From the NCBI GenBank assembly GCA_037445065.1, contig JBBILD010000004.1, positions 1 to 64,000 of the forward strand: a DNA stretch of 64,000 bases, given 5' to 3'. The DNA comes from Myxococcales bacterium. Its GTDB lineage: Bacteria > Desulfobacterota > Binatia > HRBIN30. Positions 27,568 to 37,403 of this stretch are shown piece by piece. Positions within the stretch are counted from its first letter, which is position 1; each line of letters starts with the position of its first letter. Below the pieces are notes generated by a model. It made no database searches, was not told where the DNA came from, and worked only from the letters and a program-made list of their open reading frames with translations. The position numbers and the translations under genes were made by a program.

Positions 27568-27768
27568 GCAGCGACCTCCTTTTTGCAACTCCCGCACGGG
27601 CCCCCTTCGCAGGGGACCAGTTCACCGCTTGCCGTGTCACATCTGCAGGCGTGTTGCAAGGAAAGGCTGCCGAATGCGGGAACAAAGCGCCAGGTTCCGG
27701 CTGCCGCGCTGTGCAGCGAAACCTGGCGCCGTGAGTGGAGAGGCCCCCTTAGGGCGGGAGGCAGCCGC

Positions 27769-28428
27769 TTAGCGAGTGAATAGATCGAAGCTGCAGGTCA
27801 CGTTGCCTGCCACTGGGAAACCGCCGCTGTCAGAGGCACCGGTGACCTGGCAGTCGAGCGAATCGGCTCCGGGATTTGCGCCCGCGGGACAGTCCGCGTC
27901 GATCTCCAGCAGGGCTCCGGTGGAGAGAACAGCGGAGGTGAGGTACGAGATGCGCAGCTCTTGGTCGAAGGCTCCACCAGGGCCTTCCACCAGTTGTGCA
28001 TCGAAGAACCCTCCTGCCTCGCTTACGTCTCGGACCCGATCTGCGACGGCGTCGGCCGGGATGGTGAGCGAAGCCGAGGAGAAGGGAACCCTGAGGCTCA
28101 CGCCGGCCAAGTCGAGCACCGCATTGGGATCGAAGGCGAGGGAGAGTCGGATGATCGCTTGCTCGCAGCCTGATGGGCAACCGGCCAACGCGAAGTTTAC
28201 GCCTTGGATGATCTCGTCAATGGTGATTTCTCCGTCGCCGTTGGCATCGCCAGCGCTGCAAGATTGCAGAGGCAAGGCACCCAGAGCGATGTTCACCATA
28301 GAGATGAGCTCGTCTATGGTGACCTCTCGATCGCCGTTGCAGTCTCCGGTGCAGGCCTGTGCGGGCGCCGCCCAGCTTGCACAGCCGAGGCTCAGCAGTA
28401 AAGCGGTTAGGATCCAGCGAAGATTCAT
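27769..28428 (-). CDS. Secreted protein: dockerin-like plus cohesin-like domain
   Basis: CTGDCNGDREVTIDE...GDANGDGEITIDE...GC, then a beta-sandwich ending C.V..ASD..G.PV...VTC. Confidence 0.75.
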   Translation of the reverse strand: MNLRWILTALLLSLGCASWAAPAQACTGDCNGDREVTIDELISMVNIALGALPLQSCSAGDANGDGEITIDEIIQGVNFALAGCPSGCEQAIIRLSLAFDPNAVLDLAGVSLRVPFSSASLTIPADAVADRVRDVSEAGGFFDAQLVEGPGGAFDQELRISYLTSAVLSTGALLEIDADCPAGANPGADSLDCQVTGASDSGGFPVAGNVTCSFDLFTR

Positions 28429-28474
28429 CGTACTTCCTCCTTTCTCGTGTCGTTGCCGTGTTCTCCTTGACCGT

Positions 28475-29416
28475 TCATTGGGGAACGACCGTGCAGGTCA
28501 CTCCACCCACGGGTTGAAAGCCGACGTCGTTGGCTTCCAGCACGCGGCACGTGAAATCCGTGGGAGCTGGTGGTGTCGCTCCGCGGCAAAGGTCAAAGCT
28601 GACTCGGTAAAGCGAATTTCCGCTCAAAGCGCGCGCTCCGACGAGCGCCACGCGCAAGGCAAAGTCGAAGTCGAACCAGTCCGCGAGGAATCCGCTCGGG
28701 CGGTTGGTCACGCGGCTGCCGACGGACGCATCGCTGGCCGTCCCGGGAAGTTGGACCACCCCGTCGGGGTATTCGATCAAGGTGGCGATGGATGCGATGT
28801 TGGTCCCACCGCTGAATTGCACGGACACGACAAAGCGCTGCTCACTGGGCGAACAGGTCTCGATGCGGCAGTCAGCTGGACAGACATCTTGTGGGGGCGC
28901 GGTGACTTGGTTGCCGTCGTCGCAGCTCTCCCCGGCTTCCACCTGCCCGTTCCCGCACGCCGCGGCGAGTGGCGTGGGCGACGCAGTCGCAGTCGCGGTC
29001 GGTGAGGGGGTGGGGCTCGCCGTCGCCGTTGCTCCCGCTGTAGGCGTGTAGGTCGCGGTTTGGGTCGGAGAAACGCTCGGGGTTACGGGTGGCAAGCTCG
29101 GCGTGGGGGAAGCGGTGGGCGCTGGCGGGCAGCCGTCGTCGTAGCGCAGAACGTTCTGGATTGCTGCGACAAGGTCGGGCACTTCGATGCGACCGTTGCC
29201 GTCCGCGTCGCCGGCGAGACAGCTCCGGCTCTGCGCAGGACAGCCGCTGGGGGCACCGTCGCAAAGCAGGATGAGAGCCACCAGGCGCGTGATTTCGGCC
29301 GCGCTCACGCGCTGGTTCCCATCGCAGTCTCCGGGGCAACTCTGTGCCCACGCGACAGCAAGGTGGCCGGCGGTGATGAAGGCCAGAGCTGTTCGTCCAA
29401 ACGTGCGAAGCTTCAT
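28475..29416 (-). CDS. Secreted protein: dockerin-like, Pro/Thr linker, Cys-rich CGNG..E.CDDGN repeat, cohesin-like domain
   Basis: CPGDCDGN...GDADGNGRIEVPDL; PT linker; CGNGQVEAGESCDDGN; C-terminal domain homologous to those in 27769 and 32723. Confidence 0.75.
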   Translation of the reverse strand: MKLRTFGRTALAFITAGHLAVAWAQSCPGDCDGNQRVSAAEITRLVALILLCDGAPSGCPAQSRSCLAGDADGNGRIEVPDLVAAIQNVLRYDDGCPPAPTASPTPSLPPVTPSVSPTQTATYTPTAGATATASPTPSPTATATASPTPLAAACGNGQVEAGESCDDGNQVTAPPQDVCPADCRIETCSPSEQRFVVSVQFSGGTNIASIATLIEYPDGVVQLPGTASDASVGSRVTNRPSGFLADWFDFDFALRVALVGARALSGNSLYRVSFDLCRGATPPAPTDFTCRVLEANDVGFQPVGGVTCTVVPQ

Positions 29417-29432
29417 GAAAGTCCCTCCGCGA

Positions 29433-32348
29433 TCAAAACGTGTACCCCAGCGATAACGCCACGCGTGTTCCGGTGGTGAAGCGTTTCTGCGCGAGGTCGG
29501 CCTGCGTAAAAATGAACTGGTCGTTGAGCAGGTTTTCCGCGCTGAGCTTGAACTTGATGGGCCGTGCGAAGATCTCGACTGTACGGCTGTATGCGAGGTC
29601 GAGTTGGTCGCGCCGTTCCGCGAACACTTCGGGGATGAGCGGTCGCTTGGTCACGGGATCTTCGTCCGGCGGCCCTGCTGCTTCCACTTTCCGCCCGGAT
29701 GTGTTGTACAGCAGCCGCAAGTTGCCCCAGCGGGAGTTTTCGTAATCAAGCGCTGCGTTGACGATAAACGGCGCTTGACCCTGCAACGCTCTCGTGCGGA
29801 CCGTACCTGAGTCTTGCCGGATCTGGGTCTCGGAGTCCGCCCAAGTGACGTTGACGGAGAAGAAAAACGGCTCCAGCGCTGACCAAGCCCTGCCGAGCCG
29901 AACGCGGGTCTCCAACTCGGCTCCCAGCACGGTCGCTGACTGCGCATTGCGCGGTTTGAAAACCCGGTTCGCTCCTTCGTAAAAGATCACTTGCTCGATG
30001 GGCTGATCCAGCTCCTTGTAGAACAGTCCCGCGGAGAGCAACTCGAGGGGAGCGAAGAACCACTCGAGCCGCAGGTCGTAGTTCTGGATGCTCACAGATT
30101 GGAGTTCCGGGTCACCCGCTTTGGTTTCGAGAGACCCTTGCTCAGGATACTGGGTGGGGGAGAGTTCGCGTAAGTCAGGCCGAGCCAGTGTTTCGCTCCA
30201 GGCCAAGCGCACGTTCCACTGTTGCGCTGGCCGGTAGACGATGCTGACCGCCGGCAGTGGGTCGAGTGTGGTGCGCCGGAGTGGGCTTCGCTTTCCGGCG
30301 GCGTTCGCGAACTCCTCCTGCAAGTGCCAGTACTCCAGGCGTACGCCGCCGTTCAGGTCAACGCGGTGGCGGTCGTCGCTGCCCTCGTAGAGCGGAACTT
30401 CCAATGTGGTGTAGCCTGCCAGCACTTCTTCCGCAGCTTCGAAGAAATCGCGAGGCTTACTCTCCTCGCGGAAACGCACGCCCGGACGAGAGGGATCCAG
30501 AGAGAAGTTCTCGGGCGCGAAGATCTGCTCGGTTGGTAAGGGCTGCAGATCGGGCACGTCTTTGACGTCGAACAGGAACTGGCGAAGGCCCTGTTTGCGG
30601 GTGCGGTAGAGGTAGGAGGGGCCGAGTCGTACCCGAACGGTCCGTGTGGTCGGAACCATGGGCAGGGCCCACGGCAGCTCACGCTTAAGGTCCACAGAAG
30701 AATCGGTGACCCGTTCGCGCAGGGAGCCAAAGAGACGCCGGCCACCGAAGTTGTTGTTCACGAAGATGTTCCCCTCGCTTAGGTTGCGGGTTTGTAGGCG
30801 TCCGTCCGGCTGTTTTTGTTCCGTGTACCCGAACGCAGTTCGCCACTCGACCTCTATCCAAGGCAGGCGGTGTCGTCCGACCAACTGTTCGAAGGCGAGT
30901 TGGTCCACGGTGTACAAAAACTTGGTAAAGGCGAGTTCTTGCCCGGTGGAGTCCTCGGTACCTACCGACGTGCGCACTTGGTCAGTGGCATTGCGATGGT
31001 AGAGCGCGCGTGCGGTGAGTTGGTGGTTGGCGGAGAACTCGTATCCAGCGGAAACGAGCCCAGCGAGGCGGGCTTCGAAGGTGTTGACCCGGCTCGAGAA
31101 CTGGTCGGCGAATTCGGGCTGCTCGCCTGCGAACAAGATGTTCGAAGTAAAAAGGTTTTGCCGCTTGTATTCGGTTTTGTACAAGCCGGCGAGGCTCAGG
31201 CCGAAGTTACCCCAGCGGTTCCCCGCACTGAAGTTGAGCCCGAGGTCTGGTGGTGCGGAGATCCGGGAGACATCCCAAATGTTGTCGAACGAACGAGCGA
31301 CGGCGACGGCACGTTGCGGATCGCGGTTGACTTCTTGCGCTGTGGCAGGAACGGCATCGGGAAGGCGGCGGAAATGCGCGCCAAATCCAAAGTAGTCGGC
31401 TGGCCCGGCGGCGCGATACGTGGAAAATGTTTGAAACGTGGCGTTGGTGTTGACTCCGGAACTAAGCGACAGGGAGGCGCTTCGTTCTTCTGGATAGGGC
31501 TTGAGCGCGATGTCCACGAGCCCTCCGGAGAAGTCCCCGGGAAGGTCGGGAAGAAAGGTCTTGACCAGCGATACAGATTGCAGGAACTCGGCGGGGAACA
31601 CGTCGAGTGGCACGACCCGACGTTCGGGGTCGGTGCTCGGAAGGCGGCTCCCGTCCAGCCGCGCAGTTGAATAGCGCTCGTTCAAGCCGCGCACGTTGAC
31701 GTAGCGATCGTCCTTGAGCACCACCGCCGGGAGGCGCTGCACCGCTTCGCCTGCGTCGGAGTCCGGACCTGCCTGGATTTCTTGCGCGCTGATGTTCTCG
31801 GTCACCACGCTGGCTTCTTGCCGCAGTAAGAGTTGCGCGGTGGTGCTGGCCCGATCGGCCCGGCCGATCACCTCGACCACGTCTACGGCGGCTTCCCCTT
31901 CCGGCACCAGCAACGCATCTACATTCGTGACTTCACCGGGCCGAACCCGTACGTTTTGGACTCGCTTGCCTTGATACAGCGGGGCGAAAAAGCGCAGCTC
32001 ATAGGCGCCCGCCGGAAGTTCAATTCGATACTGCCCGTCTAGATCGGACTGGGTCTTCCGATTAGTCCCGACCACTTCGATCCCTGCCTCGATGATCGGC
32101 AGCCGCGAGCGCGCGTCTCGGATCACGCCCGTGATCGTCCCCTTCGCTTCCTGCGCGGCTGGCTGGCCGGCACTTTCCATCGGCAGGGCGGAAACAACGG
32201 TGGCCACGATGGCCGCCGCCACCCAACGGAGCAAAGTGGCGAGGGGGCGAAGGGGGCTGAGCGAGCGCTTGTCCTGATTTGTTGCAGCGGCACGCAGCGT
32301 CGGAAGTGCACGGCCGAGAGTTTGTGCGTTCGTAGCTCGCTGAGTCAC
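29433..32348 (-). CDS. TonB-dependent receptor with N-terminal carboxypeptidase-regulatory-like domain
   Basis: GTITGVIRDA...SDLDGQY; plug VRGLNERY...LPSTDPERRVVPLDVFP; RPDLREL; NYDLRLEWF; ENLLN; terminal YTF. Confidence 0.93.
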   Translation of the reverse strand: MTQRATNAQTLGRALPTLRAAATNQDKRSLSPLRPLATLLRWVAAAIVATVVSALPMESAGQPAAQEAKGTITGVIRDARSRLPIIEAGIEVVGTNRKTQSDLDGQYRIELPAGAYELRFFAPLYQGKRVQNVRVRPGEVTNVDALLVPEGEAAVDVVEVIGRADRASTTAQLLLRQEASVVTENISAQEIQAGPDSDAGEAVQRLPAVVLKDDRYVNVRGLNERYSTARLDGSRLPSTDPERRVVPLDVFPAEFLQSVSLVKTFLPDLPGDFSGGLVDIALKPYPEERSASLSLSSGVNTNATFQTFSTYRAAGPADYFGFGAHFRRLPDAVPATAQEVNRDPQRAVAVARSFDNIWDVSRISAPPDLGLNFSAGNRWGNFGLSLAGLYKTEYKRQNLFTSNILFAGEQPEFADQFSSRVNTFEARLAGLVSAGYEFSANHQLTARALYHRNATDQVRTSVGTEDSTGQELAFTKFLYTVDQLAFEQLVGRHRLPWIEVEWRTAFGYTEQKQPDGRLQTRNLSEGNIFVNNNFGGRRLFGSLRERVTDSSVDLKRELPWALPMVPTTRTVRVRLGPSYLYRTRKQGLRQFLFDVKDVPDLQPLPTEQIFAPENFSLDPSRPGVRFREESKPRDFFEAAEEVLAGYTTLEVPLYEGSDDRHRVDLNGGVRLEYWHLQEEFANAAGKRSPLRRTTLDPLPAVSIVYRPAQQWNVRLAWSETLARPDLRELSPTQYPEQGSLETKAGDPELQSVSIQNYDLRLEWFFAPLELLSAGLFYKELDQPIEQVIFYEGANRVFKPRNAQSATVLGAELETRVRLGRAWSALEPFFFSVNVTWADSETQIRQDSGTVRTRALQGQAPFIVNAALDYENSRWGNLRLLYNTSGRKVEAAGPPDEDPVTKRPLIPEVFAERRDQLDLAYSRTVEIFARPIKFKLSAENLLNDQFIFTQADLAQKRFTTGTRVALSLGYTF

Positions 32349-32381
32349 GCCGCGCTTTCAAGCAAGCGACTGTTGGCGCGC

Positions 32382-32410
32382 GGTTACAGCCAAATGAATT
32401 CTTGGTGAAG
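32382..32410 (-). promoter_or_regulatory. Pho-box-like direct repeats upstream of the TBDR
   Basis: Minus strand CTTCACC-N4-ATTCATT-N4-TGTAACC, exact 11-bp period. Confidence 0.6.
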
Positions 32411-32426
32411 CTCCTTGTCCGCAAAA

Positions 32427-32481
32427 CTTCACCGAAGCTTTGCTGTGGTGTGACCCGCGCTTCACGAGCGCCCGGTAATCT
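32427..32481 (+). promoter_or_regulatory. Pho-box-like direct repeats plus -10 element for the divergent operon
   Basis: CTTCACC/CTTTGCT/TGTGACC/CTTCACG at 32427/32438/32449/32460, followed by TAATCT. Confidence 0.55.
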
Positions 32482-32722
32482 GCGGCGCCGATGGAACGAG
32501 AACAACGCTTAGGTGCCGCTGGCCGGGGGATGGGAACGTGCTGGGGTACGCGGCGCCAGAAGGAGGTGACTGTATGCGGGCAACTGAGTTCGTTTGATGG
32601 CAGACCATTGGTACGCGCGAGCGATGGGCAAAAGTCCAAGCGCGCAAGTTTGGAGCCGCCCGAAGCAGGAGAAGTGGGCGGTCGATCGGACAACACAACA
32701 GCTTTGACGGAGGTTCGACAAC

Positions 32723-34135
32723 ATGAACGATTCAAGAAATACGAAGCGTAAGCAATGGGCCACGCGCCGGGCGGTCCGCACCGTTGCGGTGGGGATCGTC
32801 GTGGGTGCAGTAGTGGGCCCCTCCAGTGCGCAGGACGCGCCAAAATGTGCGGCCGCAATTGGCAGAGAAGTACGTGCCTTAGGGAAGTTGGCCGCGCAGG
32901 GTCAGGATAAGTGTCATGGCTTGGCGAATAAGTTCGCGGTGCCTGGGGGCTTCTGTAACGACGTCGAGGGAGTGCCGTTCACCGTCCTGGACGGTGGTCG
33001 GTTCGTGAAGGCCAAAGCGAAGAGCTTAGCCAAGTTGCACGGGCCCACGGGCAAATGCCCGTCCCCGGCTGCCGACGCGGTCTTGGATGTCTTGCCCGGT
33101 GGAAACCTCGTTAACAAGCTTCCGTCGGTTCAGGAGCTCGTGACTGAGCGAGCGAGCACGATCCTGGGCGCGGCGAATCTGAATGGAGACGTAGCCAAGA
33201 TCCGCTGTTTCAAGGCGATCTCGGCGACTCGGCGGACCGTTGCGGATAAAATGATGAGCAAAGCGGTCGCTTGCCAGAAGACGAAAACTCCCGGAAGCCC
33301 GCTCGACCCTACGTGCCTGGACGACATGTCGCTCGCGAACTTCCTTGCAGGTCGGGCGACTGCTTTGCAGACAGCGTGTACTGGACTCACGGGATCTGAT
33401 GTCGGGGCTTGCGACCCACTGCCGCAATGCGTCATTGAGGCGGCGCTGGCTGAGGGCAAGGCGCTGGCCAGCCAGGCGTATCCAGGGCAGAATTGCACGA
33501 AGGGAGCGCCGAGCCCTCAGGCCCGCACCGCTTCAGTCTCGATCTCAACTCCCACCGAACTCGGCGGGGTGACGGTGCTCATTCGTTACCCGCGCTTCGA
33601 TGCTGGTATCCCGGACAATGGCAGTGACATCCCGTCCACGACGCTGGATAACGTGGTGCCTGCCTTCACCGACGCGTTCGACCTTGACGACGGAGTCCGA
33701 GTGTCGGCTTTGGACAGCAATGGGATCCAATCCGGCCACGTGTTCGACGTAAAGTTCGATGTGTGTCGCCCGCTCGTTCCGGAGGGTCTGTGCAGCGTGA
33801 CGACGAGCCAGACGTGCACGGCTGGAAATCAGTGTCGGCCACCTGCCTGCCCGAGCTGCAAACCGGCGAACCAGTGCACCATTAGCAACGCGGCCTGTAC
33901 GAGCGACGCAGACTGCGGACCGGCGGGTGGAACTTGTGGCGAGAAATGTCTCCCGCAGGGGCGCTCGTGTAGTTTGAGTCAGTTTTTGAATTGCCAGACC
34001 GACCAGGATTGCCCCCTCACTGAGACGTGCCTCTCGCAACGGGCTCTCACTACCTGCACGGTCGAAGCCGCTGCCGACACCAGCGGGAATCCGGTGGAGG
34101 GGGTCAGTTGTAGCGTCGTGATCAGTGAACCGTAG
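32723..34135 (+). CDS. Secreted Cys-rich protein with helical C..AI repeats and a cohesin-like domain split by a Cys-rich insert
   Basis: Signal peptide; KCAAAIG/RCFKAIS repeats; LGGVTVLIRYP...FDVKFDVC[insert]TCTVEAAADTSGNPVEGVSCSV. Confidence 0.72.
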   Translation: MNDSRNTKRKQWATRRAVRTVAVGIVVGAVVGPSSAQDAPKCAAAIGREVRALGKLAAQGQDKCHGLANKFAVPGGFCNDVEGVPFTVLDGGRFVKAKAKSLAKLHGPTGKCPSPAADAVLDVLPGGNLVNKLPSVQELVTERASTILGAANLNGDVAKIRCFKAISATRRTVADKMMSKAVACQKTKTPGSPLDPTCLDDMSLANFLAGRATALQTACTGLTGSDVGACDPLPQCVIEAALAEGKALASQAYPGQNCTKGAPSPQARTASVSISTPTELGGVTVLIRYPRFDAGIPDNGSDIPSTTLDNVVPAFTDAFDLDDGVRVSALDSNGIQSGHVFDVKFDVCRPLVPEGLCSVTTSQTCTAGNQCRPPACPSCKPANQCTISNAACTSDADCGPAGGTCGEKCLPQGRSCSLSQFLNCQTDQDCPLTETCLSQRALTTCTVEAAADTSGNPVEGVSCSVVISEP

Positions 34136-34161
34136 CTTGTGTGAAAGAAGGAGAGAGAACC

Positions 34162-35886
34162 ATGAGACAATTCGAGAAGCGATGGATCTTCGTAGCAGCC
34201 ACACTGCTCACGTCCGCATGGGTGGGCCGGCCAGCAGGAGCTGCCTGCACTGGTGACCCGAACGGAGGCGGCATTTCGCTCGCCGACGTGTCGTTAGTTC
34301 TGACCTGCGTCAACAATCCTGGGGCGGCGGCCTGCGCCAGTGCGTGCGGCGGGCAGGGAGTGCTGGACTGCGCGGACGTCAACCTCGACGGGCAGTTGAA
34401 CATCAGTGACGCGGTGATTTTGCTCAACGAGACGAGTCCGGGTTGCAACCGTAACGTGGTGCCGATGTGCCAGAGTGCGGGACCGACCCTGCCCTGCGGC
34501 AGCACGATTGCGAGCGACATCACCAGTAATGTGACCTTGGCTGGGTGTGAGTATTTCTTGGATGGCACGGTCTTCGTGCAGCCCGGCTCAGTAGTAACCA
34601 TTCGCCCGGGTGCCGTAATCAAGGGAAGGAAGGTCTCTTCGGACGGCAGCCCGAGCGCTTTAGTTTTCCTGCGCGGCGACTGCGCGGATCTCGATCCGTT
34701 CACGGCGCGCATCAACGCGGCCGGTACGCCGAGCAGCCCAATCGTGTTCACCTCCGATCAGGCTCCGGGCCAGCGCGCCGCGGGTGATTGGGGGGGTGTG
34801 GCGTTCATGGGCTGTTCGGAAGTCAACTTGCCAGGCGGACAGGGAACTCCGGAAGGACTCGTGGGTGTGATTTTTGGTGGCGGGTCTACGCCACAATTGA
34901 ATGACACGAGCGGATTGGCACGTTACGTTCGGGCCGAATTCGCGGGCCGCGAACTCTCGCCCGACAACGAGTTGAATGTCTGGACGCAGAACGGACTCGG
35001 CAGCTGCACTCGCTTCGACTTTCTCCAAGCCCACATGGGGAAGGACGATGGCTTCGAGTGGTTCGGTGGAACGATCAACCAGAAGTACCTCGTGGCTACG
35101 GCGAATGCGGACGATCAGCTCGATTGGCAGCTCGGAACGGTTAGCAAAATTCAGTTTGCACTCGGTGCCCAGTTCGCGGGAAATCTCGATACTGCGGGAA
35201 GCCACGGGTATGAGTCGGACAACAACGAAAACAACTTCGCAGCCACGCCTGTTTCCGATCCGCGCTTCTGCAACGTAACGCTGATCGGCGCTGCTGGCCA
35301 AGCGGGTCATCCGGCGGGCGACTTCTTCGGCTTCTTCCACCGGCGCGGTACGGGCGGGCGGCTTGCCAACCAGTTGGTTGTCGGGTTCCAGGACGCTGCC
35401 GTTCAGCTCCGCGACGCGGCCACTGGCCAGCACGCTTGCTCCGGGACTTGCCTGGTGTCGGGCAATCCGCGTACGGATGGCGTGACCACCTGCGACGGGT
35501 CACCGTTTACCCTGGGAGGCACGGCGCCGATCTTGCGCCACTATAGCCTGGTCCTCTTCAACAACGGTACCGGCGGTACGGAACTCTGCCGCAACAAAAC
35601 CGGTTCCGGGAATACGGGTGCTGCTTGCAATTCCTGCGAGTACACGGCGCTGTTGCAAGCGGCGGGTGAGATCTCGACGAGTGATCCAGGTTTCAACACG
35701 GCGGGTCCGTTCCCCGCGCCGGGCGTGGTGGACCCACGGCCGACGAACCCTGTGCCAGGGGTCGACTGTGGTGCCCTCTTCAACGACCCGTTCTTCGACA
35801 ACGCGCCCTACGTCGGGGCATTCGATCCGAACGGTCCGAACTGGATGATTACTCCAGGCGGATGGATCAGCTTCGTGACGCAGTAA
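34162..35886 (+). CDS. Dockerin-like plus right-handed beta-helix protein of the type found next to TBDRs
   Basis: CADVNLDGQLNISDAV; PIVFTS...GDWGG; SG..RYVRAEFAG...NELN; DDGFEWFGGT; DDQLDW; ESDNN; YVGAF. AAGGAG RBS. Confidence 0.8.
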   Translation: MRQFEKRWIFVAATLLTSAWVGRPAGAACTGDPNGGGISLADVSLVLTCVNNPGAAACASACGGQGVLDCADVNLDGQLNISDAVILLNETSPGCNRNVVPMCQSAGPTLPCGSTIASDITSNVTLAGCEYFLDGTVFVQPGSVVTIRPGAVIKGRKVSSDGSPSALVFLRGDCADLDPFTARINAAGTPSSPIVFTSDQAPGQRAAGDWGGVAFMGCSEVNLPGGQGTPEGLVGVIFGGGSTPQLNDTSGLARYVRAEFAGRELSPDNELNVWTQNGLGSCTRFDFLQAHMGKDDGFEWFGGTINQKYLVATANADDQLDWQLGTVSKIQFALGAQFAGNLDTAGSHGYESDNNENNFAATPVSDPRFCNVTLIGAAGQAGHPAGDFFGFFHRRGTGGRLANQLVVGFQDAAVQLRDAATGQHACSGTCLVSGNPRTDGVTTCDGSPFTLGGTAPILRHYSLVLFNNGTGGTELCRNKTGSGNTGAACNSCEYTALLQAAGEISTSDPGFNTAGPFPAPGVVDPRPTNPVPGVDCGALFNDPFFDNAPYVGAFDPNGPNWMITPGGWISFVTQ

Positions 35887-35901
35887 GTAATGGTCGCACT
35901 C

Positions 35902-35954
35902 GGGCAGGGGCACGGCGACGACTCGCTCGCCGTGCCCCTGCCCAGTTTCTTTTT
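35902..35954 (+). terminator. Rho-independent terminator
   Basis: 17-bp stem GGGCAGGGGCACGGCGA / TCGCCGTGCCCCTGCCC followed by AGTTTCTTTTT. Confidence 0.8.
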
Positions 35955-35967
35955 GGAGGAACGATCC

Positions 35968-36507
35968 GTGAAGAGATTCTTGGTGGGTTTCCTAAGCCTC
36001 TGCGTTGCAGTGGCTGCGTCGTATTGGGTGGGAGCCTCAGGAGCAGTGAAAGAAGGCCCCGCTCGGCCTCCGGCTGCGCAGGCCGCCCGCGGCCCGGAGG
36101 ACGTGCTGCGCCAAATGTTTGCGGCACTGCAGCAGGGGGATTTGCAGGCTTTGGAAGGACTGTTGGTTTCGGACCACGAGTATCAGGAACTGATTCTTCC
36201 TGGCTCCGTGCGTCCCGGAGAGCCCGCGATCCGGATGCCGACCGAGAAGGCGGAGTTTTACACACGGTTGCACCGCACGAAGAGCCAGTACGCGCTGGCG
36301 CATTTGATGAATTCGGTACGGCAGGCCGGGGCGGAGCTGAGCGCTGTGCGGTGGGAAGGATCGGTCAAGCATTACGCCACTTACACCTTGCTCCCTAGGC
36401 CCGTGTTGCTGGTTCATGGGCCAGAGGGAAGCGAGGAACTTCGGCCCGGACTGCTTGTAGAATTGAACGGCCGAGTACGCGTCCTTTCGTACTTCAGCGA
36501 TGACTGA
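35968..36507 (+). CDS. Secreted hypothetical protein
   Basis: GGAGG RBS, GTG start, signal peptide. Confidence 0.65.
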   Translation: MKRFLVGFLSLCVAVAASYWVGASGAVKEGPARPPAAQAARGPEDVLRQMFAALQQGDLQALEGLLVSDHEYQELILPGSVRPGEPAIRMPTEKAEFYTRLHRTKSQYALAHLMNSVRQAGAELSAVRWEGSVKHYATYTLLPRPVLLVHGPEGSEELRPGLLVELNGRVRVLSYFSDD

Positions 36508-36541
36508 GAATCGGACCCGCGATCGGCGGGTGGGGCAGGAT

Positions 36542-36595
36542 TTTCACGCACTGGTAACCATTTCGTCACTGCTGCGTAGCCTTGGCATGTTAGTT
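36542..36595 (+). promoter_or_regulatory. Pho-box-like direct repeats plus extended -10 upstream of tonB
   Basis: TTTCACG/GGTAACC/CGTCACT/CGTAGCC at 36542/36553/36564/36575, then TGnTAGTTT. Confidence 0.6.
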
Positions 36596-36618
36596 TGGCC
36601 GCCAGTTTGGTTACCGTG

Positions 36619-37380
36619 ATGGAAGCGGCAGTGCAGATTTCCGGTTGGGGTGGCCTCGGTTTTCCAGAAGACCAGCAGCAGCAACAGCGCTGGTTGATTG
36701 CAGCGGTTGTCACCGTGACGCTCTATGCGCTGGCAGTGGTGCTGGTCTGGAGATTTGGCTCCGCACGGACGCCAGAGAAGAAAGAGCCGCCGCCAATCGA
36801 GGTAACGTTCCGGCAGGAGGTCCTGCCTCCTGCGCCGCCTGCTCCCGCGCCGGTCGTGGCACCGCCGCCGGCGGCAGCGCCGGTGGTGCCGAAGCATCTG
36901 AAGGTCCGCAAAGTCGAGCAGCCGCGCCCACCGAAGCCCCTCACGGCGCCGAAAGAAGTGCCGCAAGCCCCGCCGAAAGAAGCGGATCCAAGCGAAGACA
37001 AGGGCGTTGAGGTGGCTGGTGACGCGACCCTTGGCGGCGACCCGGCAGGACTGGAGGGAGGATTGGCGGGAGTGCAAGCGCCGGTGGAGCCGATTGCCCT
37101 ACCCGAAGATGCGGACCCGCCTGTGCCACTCCCCTCTAACCCAATCCCGGAGTACCCGGCACAGGCCAAAGCCGAGGGTAAGGGCGGTCTTGTCGTTCTC
37201 AAGGTGGTGATTGGAGCGGATGGGTTTGTGAAGGACGTGCAGGTGCTGCGCGGGGAGGAGCCGTTCGCGAGCGCGGCGATTCAGGCGGTGCGGCGGTGGA
37301 AGTACCAGCCAGCCCGATACAAGGAGCAGGCGATTACGGTGTACCGGATTATTCAGATTCCGTTCAAGCTGAAAGCTTGA
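36619..37380 (+). CDS. tonB: Energy transducer TonB
   Basis: N-terminal TM, Pro-rich linker, PEYPAQAKAEG..G.V...AVRRWKYQPA. Confidence 0.9.
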   Translation: MEAAVQISGWGGLGFPEDQQQQQRWLIAAVVTVTLYALAVVLVWRFGSARTPEKKEPPPIEVTFRQEVLPPAPPAPAPVVAPPPAAAPVVPKHLKVRKVEQPRPPKPLTAPKEVPQAPPKEADPSEDKGVEVAGDATLGGDPAGLEGGLAGVQAPVEPIALPEDADPPVPLPSNPIPEYPAQAKAEGKGGLVVLKVVIGADGFVKDVQVLRGEEPFASAAIQAVRRWKYQPARYKEQAITVYRIIQIPFKLKA

Positions 37381-37403
37381 GAGAGCACGGAGGAGAAAAC
37401 AAC

